Positions 48,800-58,444 of a stretch of DNA of 61,615 bases are shown one piece after another. A model generated the notes under the pieces. The model searched no databases, had not been told where the DNA came from, and saw nothing but the letters and a program-made list of their open reading frames with translations. Origin of the DNA: an uncultured bacterium (GTDB lineage Bacteria; Zixibacteria; MSB-5A5; UBA10806); assembly GCA_965541585.1 (NCBI GenBank), contig CBEUCH010000019.1, positions 1 through 61,615 of the forward strand. The letters run 5' to 3'. Numbering within the stretch: the first letter of the stretch is position 1; each line of letters begins with the position of its first letter. Both the position numbers and the translations under genes were made by a program.

Positions 48800-49993
48800 G
48801 TGTTCGGTTACGTAAACCTTTTCAGCTTTTTCAGCAGATACACATTCCATAATCTTTCAAGGTATAACTTTTCGCCCGCCGGTGATTATCGATCGCCCGG
48901 TCTTACCGATGGTGCTTCGCCCGATGCAATTGAGGATCGGGCAAGCGGGCAGACCGAAGCGGTTCAGCCTGTAGGCGAACTCGAGACACCGGTAGATTCG
49001 ATAGAGCTTTCAAATGATATTCCCGAGATAGCCAGCGGACAGCCTCCCGCGACCTACAGTCCGAAGATGATCTTGGCAGATTCGCCGCCGGAAGAATCTG
49101 AGATCCAGCCGGAGAATGAGGCGGCTGAAAGCGGCAATGATACGCTCCTCGCGAGGATAAAATCGCAGGCGCGGCTGAATCTTGATATGATCTTCAATCT
49201 GGCGGAGTTTACTCAAACTGTGGCCGCTTTCGCCGAAGACGCGGAGGATGGAGAGATTAACGCCATCTCATATTCTGATTTGAGCATCAGCCTCCATACC
49301 GATTTGAAGGCGAAGGCCTTCATCAAAGAGGACTACAGGGTCGTTGAGGGGGAGCCCCTTCCGACCGCTCATTCCAAACAATGGAGCCGCTTCAACCAGC
49401 TCGAGGCGACGCTTATGAGAAGCCGGGGATTCGAGGCCGCCGCCTTCTATCGAGAAAGCTTAAACACCAGCCAGAAATTAAGGCAGACTTACTCTAACGG
49501 TTTCCTGCGAGTGGCGCGTAAGCTCAGCATGAGATACACTCAGGATTTCCAGCTCAACTTGCGGGCCTTGAATCTGTATAATGATCAGGCACAAGTCCTC
49601 GATCAAACCGATGATATAGAGGCATATCTGGGTAATGTCGAGATTATGGCCGACTCCCCCGATACCCCCGGAGATCTGATCGGAGATTTCTTCGAGACCG
49701 TGCAGTCCTATCTCGATGGGGCGGAGGATAAGCTGATTGAGAAAATCGACACTTTCTTCGAGAATCTGGCCGCCGAGATGGGAGTTGATTCGAGCCTCCT
49801 TGACAATGCCAGGGAGACCATGCTATCAAGCATAAATAACTTTTTCGATGAGGTTGATAACGCTGTCGGGTCCGTCAAAAGCAATTACATTACGGCGCCC
49901 GAAGAACCCGAACTTCCTGAAGCCCCCGATGAGAGTATGGCTCCCATAGATTCGGAGCTATCCAGAAACGCCGAAGCTGTTGCGGTAGGCTGA
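48800..49993 (+). CDS. Acidic helical hypothetical protein (DUF5610-like character)
   Basis: 397-aa ORF, GTG start after GGGGG, no signal peptide, disordered N-terminus with PVDSIELS. Confidence 0.7.
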   Translation: MFGYVNLFSFFSRYTFHNLSRYNFSPAGDYRSPGLTDGASPDAIEDRASGQTEAVQPVGELETPVDSIELSNDIPEIASGQPPATYSPKMILADSPPEESEIQPENEAAESGNDTLLARIKSQARLNLDMIFNLAEFTQTVAAFAEDAEDGEINAISYSDLSISLHTDLKAKAFIKEDYRVVEGEPLPTAHSKQWSRFNQLEATLMRSRGFEAAAFYRESLNTSQKLRQTYSNGFLRVARKLSMRYTQDFQLNLRALNLYNDQAQVLDQTDDIEAYLGNVEIMADSPDTPGDLIGDFFETVQSYLDGAEDKLIEKIDTFFENLAAEMGVDSSLLDNARETMLSSINNFFDEVDNAVGSVKSNYITAPEEPELPEAPDESMAPIDSELSRNAEAVAVG

Positions 49994-50064
49994 TACACCG
50001 TCTTTGAATCTTGAAATATAGAATCCTATTATTCCATAAAAAACCCACTATCCCATAGCGCCCT

Positions 50065-50111
50065 GCAACTTTTCTCTGATTTTAACGTTTTTATATTGAC
50101 GGCCTATGTCG
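50065..50111 (+). repeat. 47-bp direct repeat copy B (promoter-like)
   Basis: Matches 48596-48642; contains TATATT upstream of the M16 gene. Confidence 0.85.
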
Positions 50112-50193
50112 ATTTGATTATCGATGTGTGTCTGAAAATATGAGCCGTGGACGTCTGAAAATGAAAACAATCAATCAAATCAAAGGAGTTATA

Positions 50194-52926
50194 ATGAGAA
50201 GCTGGAAAAGGCTTATGCTCGTCTGCCTGGCGGTGGCTGCAGTTTTTGCCGGAGCAGCGGTAGCCGGCGATTTGCCGGAGTTGAAGTTCGAGAAATTCGA
50301 GCTTCCCAACGGCCTGGATGTCATTCTGCACGAGGATCATTCTATTCCCATGGTTTCGGTGAACACCTGGTATCATGTCGGCTCGAAAAACGAGAAACCG
50401 GGTCGGACCGGGTTCGCCCATCTTTTCGAGCATATGATGTTCCAGGGCTCGGAGAATTTCAACACCGATTTCTTCGAAGGTATCGATAAGATCGGGGGTA
50501 TCAACAACGGCTCCACCTCGGAGGATCGCACCAACTACTGGGAGAATGTCCCGAGCAATTACCTGGAGCGGATGATATGGCTTGAGGCCGACCGCATGGG
50601 ATTCTTGCTTCCGGCCATGACCCAGGAGCGGCTGGATAACCAGAAGGACGTTGTCAAAAATGAACGACGCCAGAGACTGGACAACCAGCCGTATGTGAAA
50701 TCTTATGAACTAATGCTGTCTCTGATGTATCCGGATGAGCACCCTTATTCGCATTCGGTCATAGGCAGTATGGAGGATCTCTCGGCGGCCAGCCTTGAGG
50801 ACGTCTCCGAATTCTTCGAGCTGTATTACGCTCCCAACAACGCCTCGCTCTGCATTACCGGGGATTTCGATCCCGCGCAGGCGAGACAATGGGTCGAGAA
50901 ATATTTCGGCGCGATTCCACCCGGGGCGCCGATCGACCGGATGGAAAGCTGGATTCCGAAGATGACGGAGGTCAAGAGATCGACGGCCGAGGATAATGTC
51001 AGCCTGCCGCGCCTGTACATGGAGTGGCACACGCCGGGATTTTACGCTCCCGGGGACGCCGAATTCGATCTATTAGCAAATATATTAACTTCCGGGAAAA
51101 ATTCTCGGCTATATAAGACGCTGGTATATGAAAAACAGATCGCGCAGGATGTCGACGCTTATCAGTCGTCGATGGAGTTGAGCAGCACCTTTGGCATAAC
51201 CGTTACCGCCAAGGAGGGGCATTCCCTGGAGGAGATCGAAGCCGAGGTCGACGCTATCTTAAAAGACATTCTGGCGAACGGCATAACAAACGATGAACTG
51301 GAGCAGGCGAAAACCACTTGGGAAGCCGGATTTGTAAGAGGGTTGGAGCGCATAGGTGGATGGGGAGGCAGATCCGACCGGCTGAACAGGTATAATGTTT
51401 ACATCGGCGATCCGGGAAGCCTCCAGTGGGATATGGAACGTTATTCCAAGGCCACCGTGGCGGACGTTATGAAATACGCCCGGGAATACATCGATCTGGA
51501 CGGCCGGGCGATACTGTATATCATTCCACAGGGAGATCCACAACTAGTGGAAGCCGAATTCGACAGATCCGCCGAACCGGCGGCCGTCTCGGAACCGTCT
51601 TTTGCTCCCCCCTCTATACAGAAGGCGAAACTTTCCAACGGTATGGATTTGATGCTGGTGGAGGATCACGATCTTCCGCTGGTGCAGGTCAACCTTATTA
51701 TTAAAAACGGCTGGGCTGCCGATCCGTCAGATCGTCCCGGCGCCGCGGCGTTGACCGCCGATCTTCTTGACGAAGGTACAAAATCGATGGATGCCCTCGA
51801 AATATCAGATGAGTTAAAGCGGCTCGGCGCCCAACTCGGAACAGGCAGTTCTTTCGACAATTCTTCGGTGAGTCTTAATGTGCTGAAAAAGAATCTCGAT
51901 CCCGCATTAAAGCTGATGTCAGATATCGTTCTGAATCCCACCTTCCCGGAAAAAGAGCTGGAACTAAAACGTGAAAATTATCTGGGACGTATTCAGCAGG
52001 AGAACAGGAAACCGATGACTGCCGCCTTCAAAACATATTTCAGCGAACTATTCGGCGCCGATCATCCTTATGGTCAACCTTATACCGGTTCAGGTACCGA
52101 AGCGTCCGTAAAAGCCATAGCCCGTTCCGATCTGGAGAGCTTCTATCAGGCTAACTATATGCCGAATAACGCTACGGCCGTTGTGGTTGGAGATATTACT
52201 CTGGATGAAGCCAGATCGAAACTGGAGAAGGCTTTCAAGAAATGGAAGCAAGGGGCGCCGTCTGAAAGCGTCGTGAAAGAGGTGACTCCTCTGGGCAAAA
52301 CCAGGGTCTGTATCGTGGATAAGCCCGGCGCACCGCAGAGTGTCATTGTTCTGGGCAATCTCGGTTTGAAACGCAGCGATCCGGATTACCTTGCTACTTC
52401 GGTTATGAACAACGCTCTCGGCGGGCAGTTTACAGCGCGAATAAATATGAACCTTCGCGAGGAGAAAGGTTACACTTATGGCGCAATTTCGTTTTTCAGC
52501 GGACGGCGAGGAAGAGGAGCCTTCGCAGCTTATGCACAGGTTCATGCAGAGTTTACGAAAGAGTCCATTGCGGAATTCGTGAAGGAATTCAGGGATGTCC
52601 TGGGCACGCGACCATTGACTGCAGTGGAGCTTTCCGACAGCAAAAACAACCTTATCAAAGGATTCCCGCAGGATTTCCAGACCTATTCGGGAATCGCCAG
52701 CCAGATGGGCTCCATGGTTACATTCAATCTGCCCGAGGATGAATGGATCACCTATGTCAACAGGGTGAACGCCATCGATATGAACCTGGCGGTAAAGGCC
52801 GCCAATGATCATATTTTTCCCGATGCGCTTCTGATAGTAATCGTGGGCGACCGGGAGAAAATCGAATCGGGTATCCGCGAACTAAATCTCGGAGAGATAG
52901 AATACCTGAGTGCATCCGGTCTTTAA
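50194..52926 (+). CDS. M16 (pitrilysin/PqqL-like) zinc protease
   Basis: GFAHLFEHMMF, NERR, YYAPNNA, LREEKGYTYG. Signal peptide; RBS AAGGAG before ATG 50194. Confidence 0.93.
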   Translation: MRSWKRLMLVCLAVAAVFAGAAVAGDLPELKFEKFELPNGLDVILHEDHSIPMVSVNTWYHVGSKNEKPGRTGFAHLFEHMMFQGSENFNTDFFEGIDKIGGINNGSTSEDRTNYWENVPSNYLERMIWLEADRMGFLLPAMTQERLDNQKDVVKNERRQRLDNQPYVKSYELMLSLMYPDEHPYSHSVIGSMEDLSAASLEDVSEFFELYYAPNNASLCITGDFDPAQARQWVEKYFGAIPPGAPIDRMESWIPKMTEVKRSTAEDNVSLPRLYMEWHTPGFYAPGDAEFDLLANILTSGKNSRLYKTLVYEKQIAQDVDAYQSSMELSSTFGITVTAKEGHSLEEIEAEVDAILKDILANGITNDELEQAKTTWEAGFVRGLERIGGWGGRSDRLNRYNVYIGDPGSLQWDMERYSKATVADVMKYAREYIDLDGRAILYIIPQGDPQLVEAEFDRSAEPAAVSEPSFAPPSIQKAKLSNGMDLMLVEDHDLPLVQVNLIIKNGWAADPSDRPGAAALTADLLDEGTKSMDALEISDELKRLGAQLGTGSSFDNSSVSLNVLKKNLDPALKLMSDIVLNPTFPEKELELKRENYLGRIQQENRKPMTAAFKTYFSELFGADHPYGQPYTGSGTEASVKAIARSDLESFYQANYMPNNATAVVVGDITLDEARSKLEKAFKKWKQGAPSESVVKEVTPLGKTRVCIVDKPGAPQSVIVLGNLGLKRSDPDYLATSVMNNALGGQFTARINMNLREEKGYTYGAISFFSGRRGRGAFAAYAQVHAEFTKESIAEFVKEFRDVLGTRPLTAVELSDSKNNLIKGFPQDFQTYSGIASQMGSMVTFNLPEDEWITYVNRVNAIDMNLAVKAANDHIFPDALLIVIVGDREKIESGIRELNLGEIEYLSASGL

Positions 52927-52947
52927 GATAGTCTAAATCGTTGTACT

Positions 52948-52980
52948 AAGGGCGGCCCTGAAGGGGCTGCCCTTTCTTAT
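52948..52980 (+). terminator. Intrinsic terminator
   Basis: AAGGGCGGCCCT-GAA-GGGGCTGCCCTT followed by TCTTAT. Confidence 0.75.
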
Positions 52981-53052
52981 AATTATGGTATTTTACAAAA
53001 GAGATTGATCTGGTTCTTTCGATGACTATATATTATCAGAAGGGAAAATCTA

Positions 53053-54147
53053 TTGAGTTACGTTCTTGAAAAAAGAAGCGGCCCCAGGACAATCGTCGAT
53101 GGTAAGGAAGTCGTGCTGTTCAGCTCCAACGATTATCTTGCTCTCTCATCTCACCCGGAGGTTCTGAGGGCGGCATCGAAGGCGGCCGGTCAATATGGCG
53201 CCGGAACCGGCGGCGCTCCCGGCACCAGCGGTACCGACAGGATTCATTGTCAATTATCAGAGGCCATCGCCGCTTTCAAATCGAAAGAAAAAGCAGTGAT
53301 TTTTCCGTCCGGATACCAGGCCAATCTGGCCATCCACCAGGCTCTCGGTGGAGACGATACGGTCTTTCATATGGATCGACGGCATCATCCGTCCGCTATG
53401 GATGGTGCGCGGCTGGCCAGAGATTCGAAAATCGTTAAGTTTGATCATAATCAGCTTGAAGATCTGGAATCAAATCTAAAATCGCATTCGGGCAAGACCA
53501 ATATCGTAAGCCTGCCCTCGGTGTTTACAATCAATGGCGATATCGCGCCGCTGGATAAGCTTATCGATTTGAAAAAAAAGCTAAACTTTGTACTGGTTCT
53601 CGATGAGGCTCACGCCACCGGCTGCATCGGGGATACGGGCCGTGGGCTGGAGGAGCATTTCGGTCTGAAAGGCGCCGCCGATTTCATCATGGGAACATTC
53701 TCCAAGGCGTTGGGATCTCAGGGCGGCTTCTTAGCCTTCAATAAAAATGTTGAATCGTTGCTGAAATCGAAATTTCGGTCTTTCGTATATTCGACTTCGT
53801 TGTCGGCGATTTCGGCGGCGGCGGCGTTGAAGGCATTGCAGCTGCTTGAAAGTGATACAACTATCATATCGTCTCTTAGAAAATCGAAAGATGCCATCGT
53901 CCGAAATTTCCAAGAATTGAATCTGGAGATTGTTAAAAAGGAGAGCATGATTCTGCTGCTTCCCTGCGACGATTGCGAAGACCTTCAAAAAGGATTACTC
54001 GGTGATGGCTACCTGGTATTCCCGGTTGAGACGGAGAGCGACGGGCGTCCGGGGAAATTCTTTAGAATTACACCCAACGCCGCACATACTGAAGATGATA
54101 TCAATGGATTTGCAAATGCCTTAAGCGTTCATCTCGGTTCGAGCTGA
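53053..54147 (+). CDS. PLP-dependent alpha-oxoamine synthase (BioF/Kbl-like, aminotransferase class II)
   Basis: FSSNDYLAL.SHP, SGYQAN, DEAH, TFSKALG..GG; TTG start. Confidence 0.85.
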   Translation: MSYVLEKRSGPRTIVDGKEVVLFSSNDYLALSSHPEVLRAASKAAGQYGAGTGGAPGTSGTDRIHCQLSEAIAAFKSKEKAVIFPSGYQANLAIHQALGGDDTVFHMDRRHHPSAMDGARLARDSKIVKFDHNQLEDLESNLKSHSGKTNIVSLPSVFTINGDIAPLDKLIDLKKKLNFVLVLDEAHATGCIGDTGRGLEEHFGLKGAADFIMGTFSKALGSQGGFLAFNKNVESLLKSKFRSFVYSTSLSAISAAAALKALQLLESDTTIISSLRKSKDAIVRNFQELNLEIVKKESMILLLPCDDCEDLQKGLLGDGYLVFPVETESDGRPGKFFRITPNAAHTEDDINGFANALSVHLGSS

Positions 54148-54164
54148 ATCCCAGAGTTACCTTC

Positions 54165-55058
54165 CTAAAGAAATTTATATGTCAATCCCAGCGCCAGGGT
54201 CTCTTTGAATCGGCCGCGCCTATCGGTCTGTTTATCGTAAAGAAGCTGCGCGTAAAATGATACTACCAGATATTTGGAAACACTGGCCGAGACCGTGCTT
54301 TCGAAATTGACATCGACCGCCTTCCAGTAATCCTCCGCAGGAGTGTTTTTGAATTCGTCCTTCTTTGAAAAGAACATCGCCTTGAATAGAGTCAGCTTGC
54401 CGATATAATTGAGCTGTTCAGAGAGGATATAATGGATATCGGTAACGGATTCTATACCGCCATCGGTAGTGGTTTCATATTCGAATTGTTCGGCCACGGT
54501 ATCGACAATCATTTTGTTCATATTCTGCCGTATGGAAAACCCAAGCCTCGATAATATCTGGTCTTTATCCTTCTCGTATAACACTCTGGCTACACCGGCC
54601 GATTCGGTTATGAGGATCGGATTGATATATCGTTTTAACGGATCGTAGGAAGCGTCGAGGAACTGGGATTCAAGTCGTAACGCCAGGTAGGGATCGACAA
54701 ACGAATCCAATGTAAACCGGCCCACGTTTTCGATATCTATCTTGTCGGTCGATTTTGTCGGTTTTTGCCACGCCTTCGGCGTGGTGGTTTTATCCTGCGT
54801 GTGAGTCTGTCCGAATTGAAGTTTGGTGATATTTTTGAAATTGAATTTTGATGAGACCTTTTTTTCGAGGATGGCATCCACTCTGGAGACCCAGGTCACA
54901 TTGCCCGCCTCGCCTCCTGTCCAGCTGTCGGAATATGAATTCTGGGTTAAGTTCAGGCCGAAGTCTATGGATGGCTGCCAGGGCTCGCCGGTCGATGCCG
55001 TATTGGTGGCTGTAATTAATAATAACATCGCTGCAAAAAACGCTTTAGTAAAATCCAT
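54165..55058 (-). CDS. DUF3078-like outer-membrane protein
   Basis: LNLTQ.SYS.SW.GGE, QF..., LLYD, C-terminal LGLTYKF. RBS AGGAG; start at 55058 or 55061. Confidence 0.78.
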   Translation of the reverse strand: MDFTKAFFAAMLLLITATNTASTGEPWQPSIDFGLNLTQNSYSDSWTGGEAGNVTWVSRVDAILEKKVSSKFNFKNITKLQFGQTHTQDKTTTPKAWQKPTKSTDKIDIENVGRFTLDSFVDPYLALRLESQFLDASYDPLKRYINPILITESAGVARVLYEKDKDQILSRLGFSIRQNMNKMIVDTVAEQFEYETTTDGGIESVTDIHYILSEQLNYIGKLTLFKAMFFSKKDEFKNTPAEDYWKAVDVNFESTVSASVSKYLVVSFYAQLLYDKQTDRRGRFKETLALGLTYKFL

Positions 55059-55256
55059 CATCTTTCTCCTTTTATTAAGCGTAAAGTTTGTTGACGACTC
55101 ATAATCAGACCTTCGAAGATATATGTAAAGCCATTTTATTGTTGACAATGGGTAATAATCTTCGTTATTTTGTTACTGAAGGGCATAGACGACGCATACG
55201 CGACCGGGGATTATATCATAAATTAACCGTCTTGGATCACGGTCCGGGAGGAAATC

Positions 55257-56804
55257 ATGTGGCGAGTAGTTATTATTTTGGCGGCCATGACAACGCTTTG
55301 TATGGCACAGTTTCCGGGCGAGATTGCGGGATGGACGCAATATGATATGCAGGAGATTGGATCGGGCTCGAATCGTGTAGTAGTGGATTCGGAAGGAGGC
55401 ATCCATGTGTGCTGGATGCGAGCGACTCCGCTAGGAAATGTTTATTACAATTATCGAAATCCCGAGGCCGATTGGCAAGGACCTTTTCAAATTTCCCCCG
55501 ATGGCGGTGGATATTGCAATATCGATCTGGGACCGGATGACTGCATCGCCATTTTTTATCATTATGATGGACAGATACACGTTGCTACTACCTGCGACGG
55601 ATCTGATGATCACGTTCTGCCGGACACCAGCTCTTATTGGCCAAAGGGTTCGATTGCCGCCAGTGGCCGGTTCCATGTCATTTCGGGAAGAACCCCATAT
55701 TATGATGACGCAGTTATTTTGATGTACAATACCTCCACCGATTTTGGCGAGACCTGGCCAACGTGGGTAAGATTCGATTCCCTGAATACTTATCTGTGGT
55801 CGATTAACTCATCAGAGATTTCTGAGAGAACTGCTATAGTAGAAGGTGTTCCGATATCTGATGACGGAGTTCAGTACGACATCGGCTATACTATCTCCGA
55901 CGATGGAGTGAATTGGGATATGAGCGACTGGCACATGATCACCGATTATCGGGATTCCGGAACAAGTGCCCGAGCTGATGTCGATCTTCTATTCGATAAC
56001 GATGATTATCTTCACGTCATTTGGAATACGTGGGAGATTCAAGAGCCGTTCGTGAACGGTGCTTCCCTCTGGCACTGGAGCGAGGAGACAGGCGAGATAT
56101 CGCAAATAACATATTTCGACCATGTGACCTGCGAACCGGGAGCATGGAATTTTGCTTTATGCAAGATGTCTCTCGGAGTCGATCCGGACGATAACCTCTA
56201 CTGCATCTGGACCGGATTCACGTCGGAGGATTATTCTGCCGGTGGATACTGCAACGGCGATCTCTATATGTCTTACTCAGTGGACGGTGGTCTAACATGG
56301 TCTGGATATGAAGGGGTCACTAATTCTCCTACGCCTGGCTGTGTTCCCGGCGAGTGCGATTCGGATAACTGGGCGACCTTGGCCGAGATGGTAGGAGAAT
56401 ATCTGCACATTTTCTATGTTAATGACAAAGATGCCGGGGCGATGCCATTGAGTGAAGGCACCGTAACGGATAACCCGGTGCTCTATCTTGAAGTCCCCAA
56501 TCCCGCGAGAACGGGAATAGCCGAAAAGGAAACGTTGCCCGAGAACCTGACCCTATTTTCCAACTACCCCAATCCCTTCAACGCCAGAACCACCATCAAG
56601 TTCTCGCTGGCGGAGGCCGCTAATGTTAAACTCCAAGTCTTCGATATCGCCGGGCGGCTGGTGGAGACTCTCGCCGATTGTGAATTTGAAGCTGGCGAAA
56701 ACTCAGTAACCTGGGATGCAGTAGATTACCCCAGCGGTGTGTATTTCGTCAGGCTGGTATCAGGCCTTGGAGCCCACGCCAAGAAGATCGTATTGCTAAA
56801 ATGA
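55257..56804 (+). CDS. Secreted Asp-box/BNR beta-propeller protein with sorting domain (paralog 1)
   Basis: Signal peptide, STDFGETW, SVDGGLTW, TNSPTPGC.PG.C.SD, YPNPFN...LLK. Confidence 0.85.
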   Translation: MWRVVIILAAMTTLCMAQFPGEIAGWTQYDMQEIGSGSNRVVVDSEGGIHVCWMRATPLGNVYYNYRNPEADWQGPFQISPDGGGYCNIDLGPDDCIAIFYHYDGQIHVATTCDGSDDHVLPDTSSYWPKGSIAASGRFHVISGRTPYYDDAVILMYNTSTDFGETWPTWVRFDSLNTYLWSINSSEISERTAIVEGVPISDDGVQYDIGYTISDDGVNWDMSDWHMITDYRDSGTSARADVDLLFDNDDYLHVIWNTWEIQEPFVNGASLWHWSEETGEISQITYFDHVTCEPGAWNFALCKMSLGVDPDDNLYCIWTGFTSEDYSAGGYCNGDLYMSYSVDGGLTWSGYEGVTNSPTPGCVPGECDSDNWATLAEMVGEYLHIFYVNDKDAGAMPLSEGTVTDNPVLYLEVPNPARTGIAEKETLPENLTLFSNYPNPFNARTTIKFSLAEAANVKLQVFDIAGRLVETLADCEFEAGENSVTWDAVDYPSGVYFVRLVSGLGAHAKKIVLLK

Positions 56805-56855
56805 GAAAAGGGGTTGCCAGGCTATAATATTTCTGTGATGATCTGGGAGGAAATT

Positions 56856-58409
56856 ATGTTGCGAGTAATTATTATTTTGGCGGCCATGACATCGTTCTGC
56901 CTGGCGCAATCGCCTGTTGTAGTGGGTACTTCATACTATGCTTACCAGACCAACGGGTCGACGGGAAACAGGATCGCTATCGATTCTCAAGGCAGAATCC
57001 ATATTGCCTGGACGAAGGGCATGGTGCCGGAGGCGCGTCCACGCTATGTCTTTTATAATTTTCGAGATGAATACGGTCAATGGATAGGCGAAACACAGGT
57101 CAGCAGTCACGATGGCTCCGGTTTTGTAACGCTTGATCTATTGGCTGGCGACAGGCCTATCCTGGCATACAATTCGCCTGAGAACTCATCAACCTCGATT
57201 GCTGTATCCACCTGGGATAGTCAGGAGATGCCCATGGAAAATTCTTGGCCATACTTATGGCCCCACATTACTCGCGATTACGATGGCCGCCTCCATATGG
57301 TTTGCGACGCGGACAGTATTGGCTATACTTATTCAGATGACGAGGGCGAGACCTGGGCCAGTATAATAGGCATTGCCCAGCACGAAATTCTAAGCACTAC
57401 GATATGCTCGTCACCTGTCTCCGATAAATCAGCCATCGTTTATACAGCCTTAAATGAATCAGGCTATTATGATGTTTTCTTTTTTGAGACAATCGACGGC
57501 TATAATTGGGATTGGGAAAATCCCCATAATATCACCCAATTCGGTGAGGGCGACACTTATAGCGCCTGGGCCGACATTGATGCCGTCTATGACTACGATG
57601 ATGTCCTTCATATTACTTACCAGGGATTATACGTCATTGAAAATGTCATCGAGAGTTATGGCGACGTCATGCACTGGAGCGAGCCTACTAGCCATTCCGT
57701 GATAGCGACCAATGACGCCGATTGTATGCCTATAAATTATGCGCTGTGCATCTGTAAGATGAGCCTCGGCGTCGACCCGGAAAACAATTATATTTATGCC
57801 CTCTGGGCCGAACTTACGCTCGATGATGTATCTGCGGGCGGTTATTCAAATGGCGAACTCTATGCCGCCATGTCGGCCGACGGTGGAGCCCATTGGGCGT
57901 CACCGGTGAACCTGACGAATTCACCTACCCCGGGATGTATGCCTCCTGATTGCGACAGCGAGGTCTGGTCATCGATGGCCGAGATTGTGAATGATTCTTT
58001 ACACATAATGTATATCGACGATAACGACGCCGGCGCTGCGTGGAACTCCGAAGGTGGATGGACATTGAACGATGTTCTATATCTTGAATTTCCAGTTATA
58101 GAGCTATTTCCTGTTGATGTTTCTGATCAGAATTCCATTCTTCCATCCGGATTCTCGCTTTTGCGGGTCTACCCCAACCCCTTCAACGCCAGAACCACCA
58201 TCAGGTTCTCGCTGGCGGAAACGGCGAATGTTAAACTTCAGATCTTCGATATCGCCGGGCGGCTGGTGGAGACTCTGGCTGATTGTGAGTTTGATGCAGG
58301 CGAAAACTCGGTAACATGGGACGCGACGGATCGCCCCAGCGGGGTTTATTTCGCCAGGCTGGCCGGTAATGCCAGTTCGGTATCCAAGAGGCTTGTTTTG
58401 CTGAAATAA
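56856..58409 (+). CDS. Secreted Asp-box/BNR beta-propeller protein with sorting domain (paralog 2)
   Basis: RBS GGAGG before ATG 56856; SDDEGETW, SADGG..W, TNSPTPGC; YPNPFN...LLK. Confidence 0.85.
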   Translation: MLRVIIILAAMTSFCLAQSPVVVGTSYYAYQTNGSTGNRIAIDSQGRIHIAWTKGMVPEARPRYVFYNFRDEYGQWIGETQVSSHDGSGFVTLDLLAGDRPILAYNSPENSSTSIAVSTWDSQEMPMENSWPYLWPHITRDYDGRLHMVCDADSIGYTYSDDEGETWASIIGIAQHEILSTTICSSPVSDKSAIVYTALNESGYYDVFFFETIDGYNWDWENPHNITQFGEGDTYSAWADIDAVYDYDDVLHITYQGLYVIENVIESYGDVMHWSEPTSHSVIATNDADCMPINYALCICKMSLGVDPENNYIYALWAELTLDDVSAGGYSNGELYAAMSADGGAHWASPVNLTNSPTPGCMPPDCDSEVWSSMAEIVNDSLHIMYIDDNDAGAAWNSEGGWTLNDVLYLEFPVIELFPVDVSDQNSILPSGFSLLRVYPNPFNARTTIRFSLAETANVKLQIFDIAGRLVETLADCEFDAGENSVTWDATDRPSGVYFARLAGNASSVSKRLVLLK

Positions 58410-58444
58410 ATGAAATTTTCACTTTAGTCCAGGGGAGGTTTATC

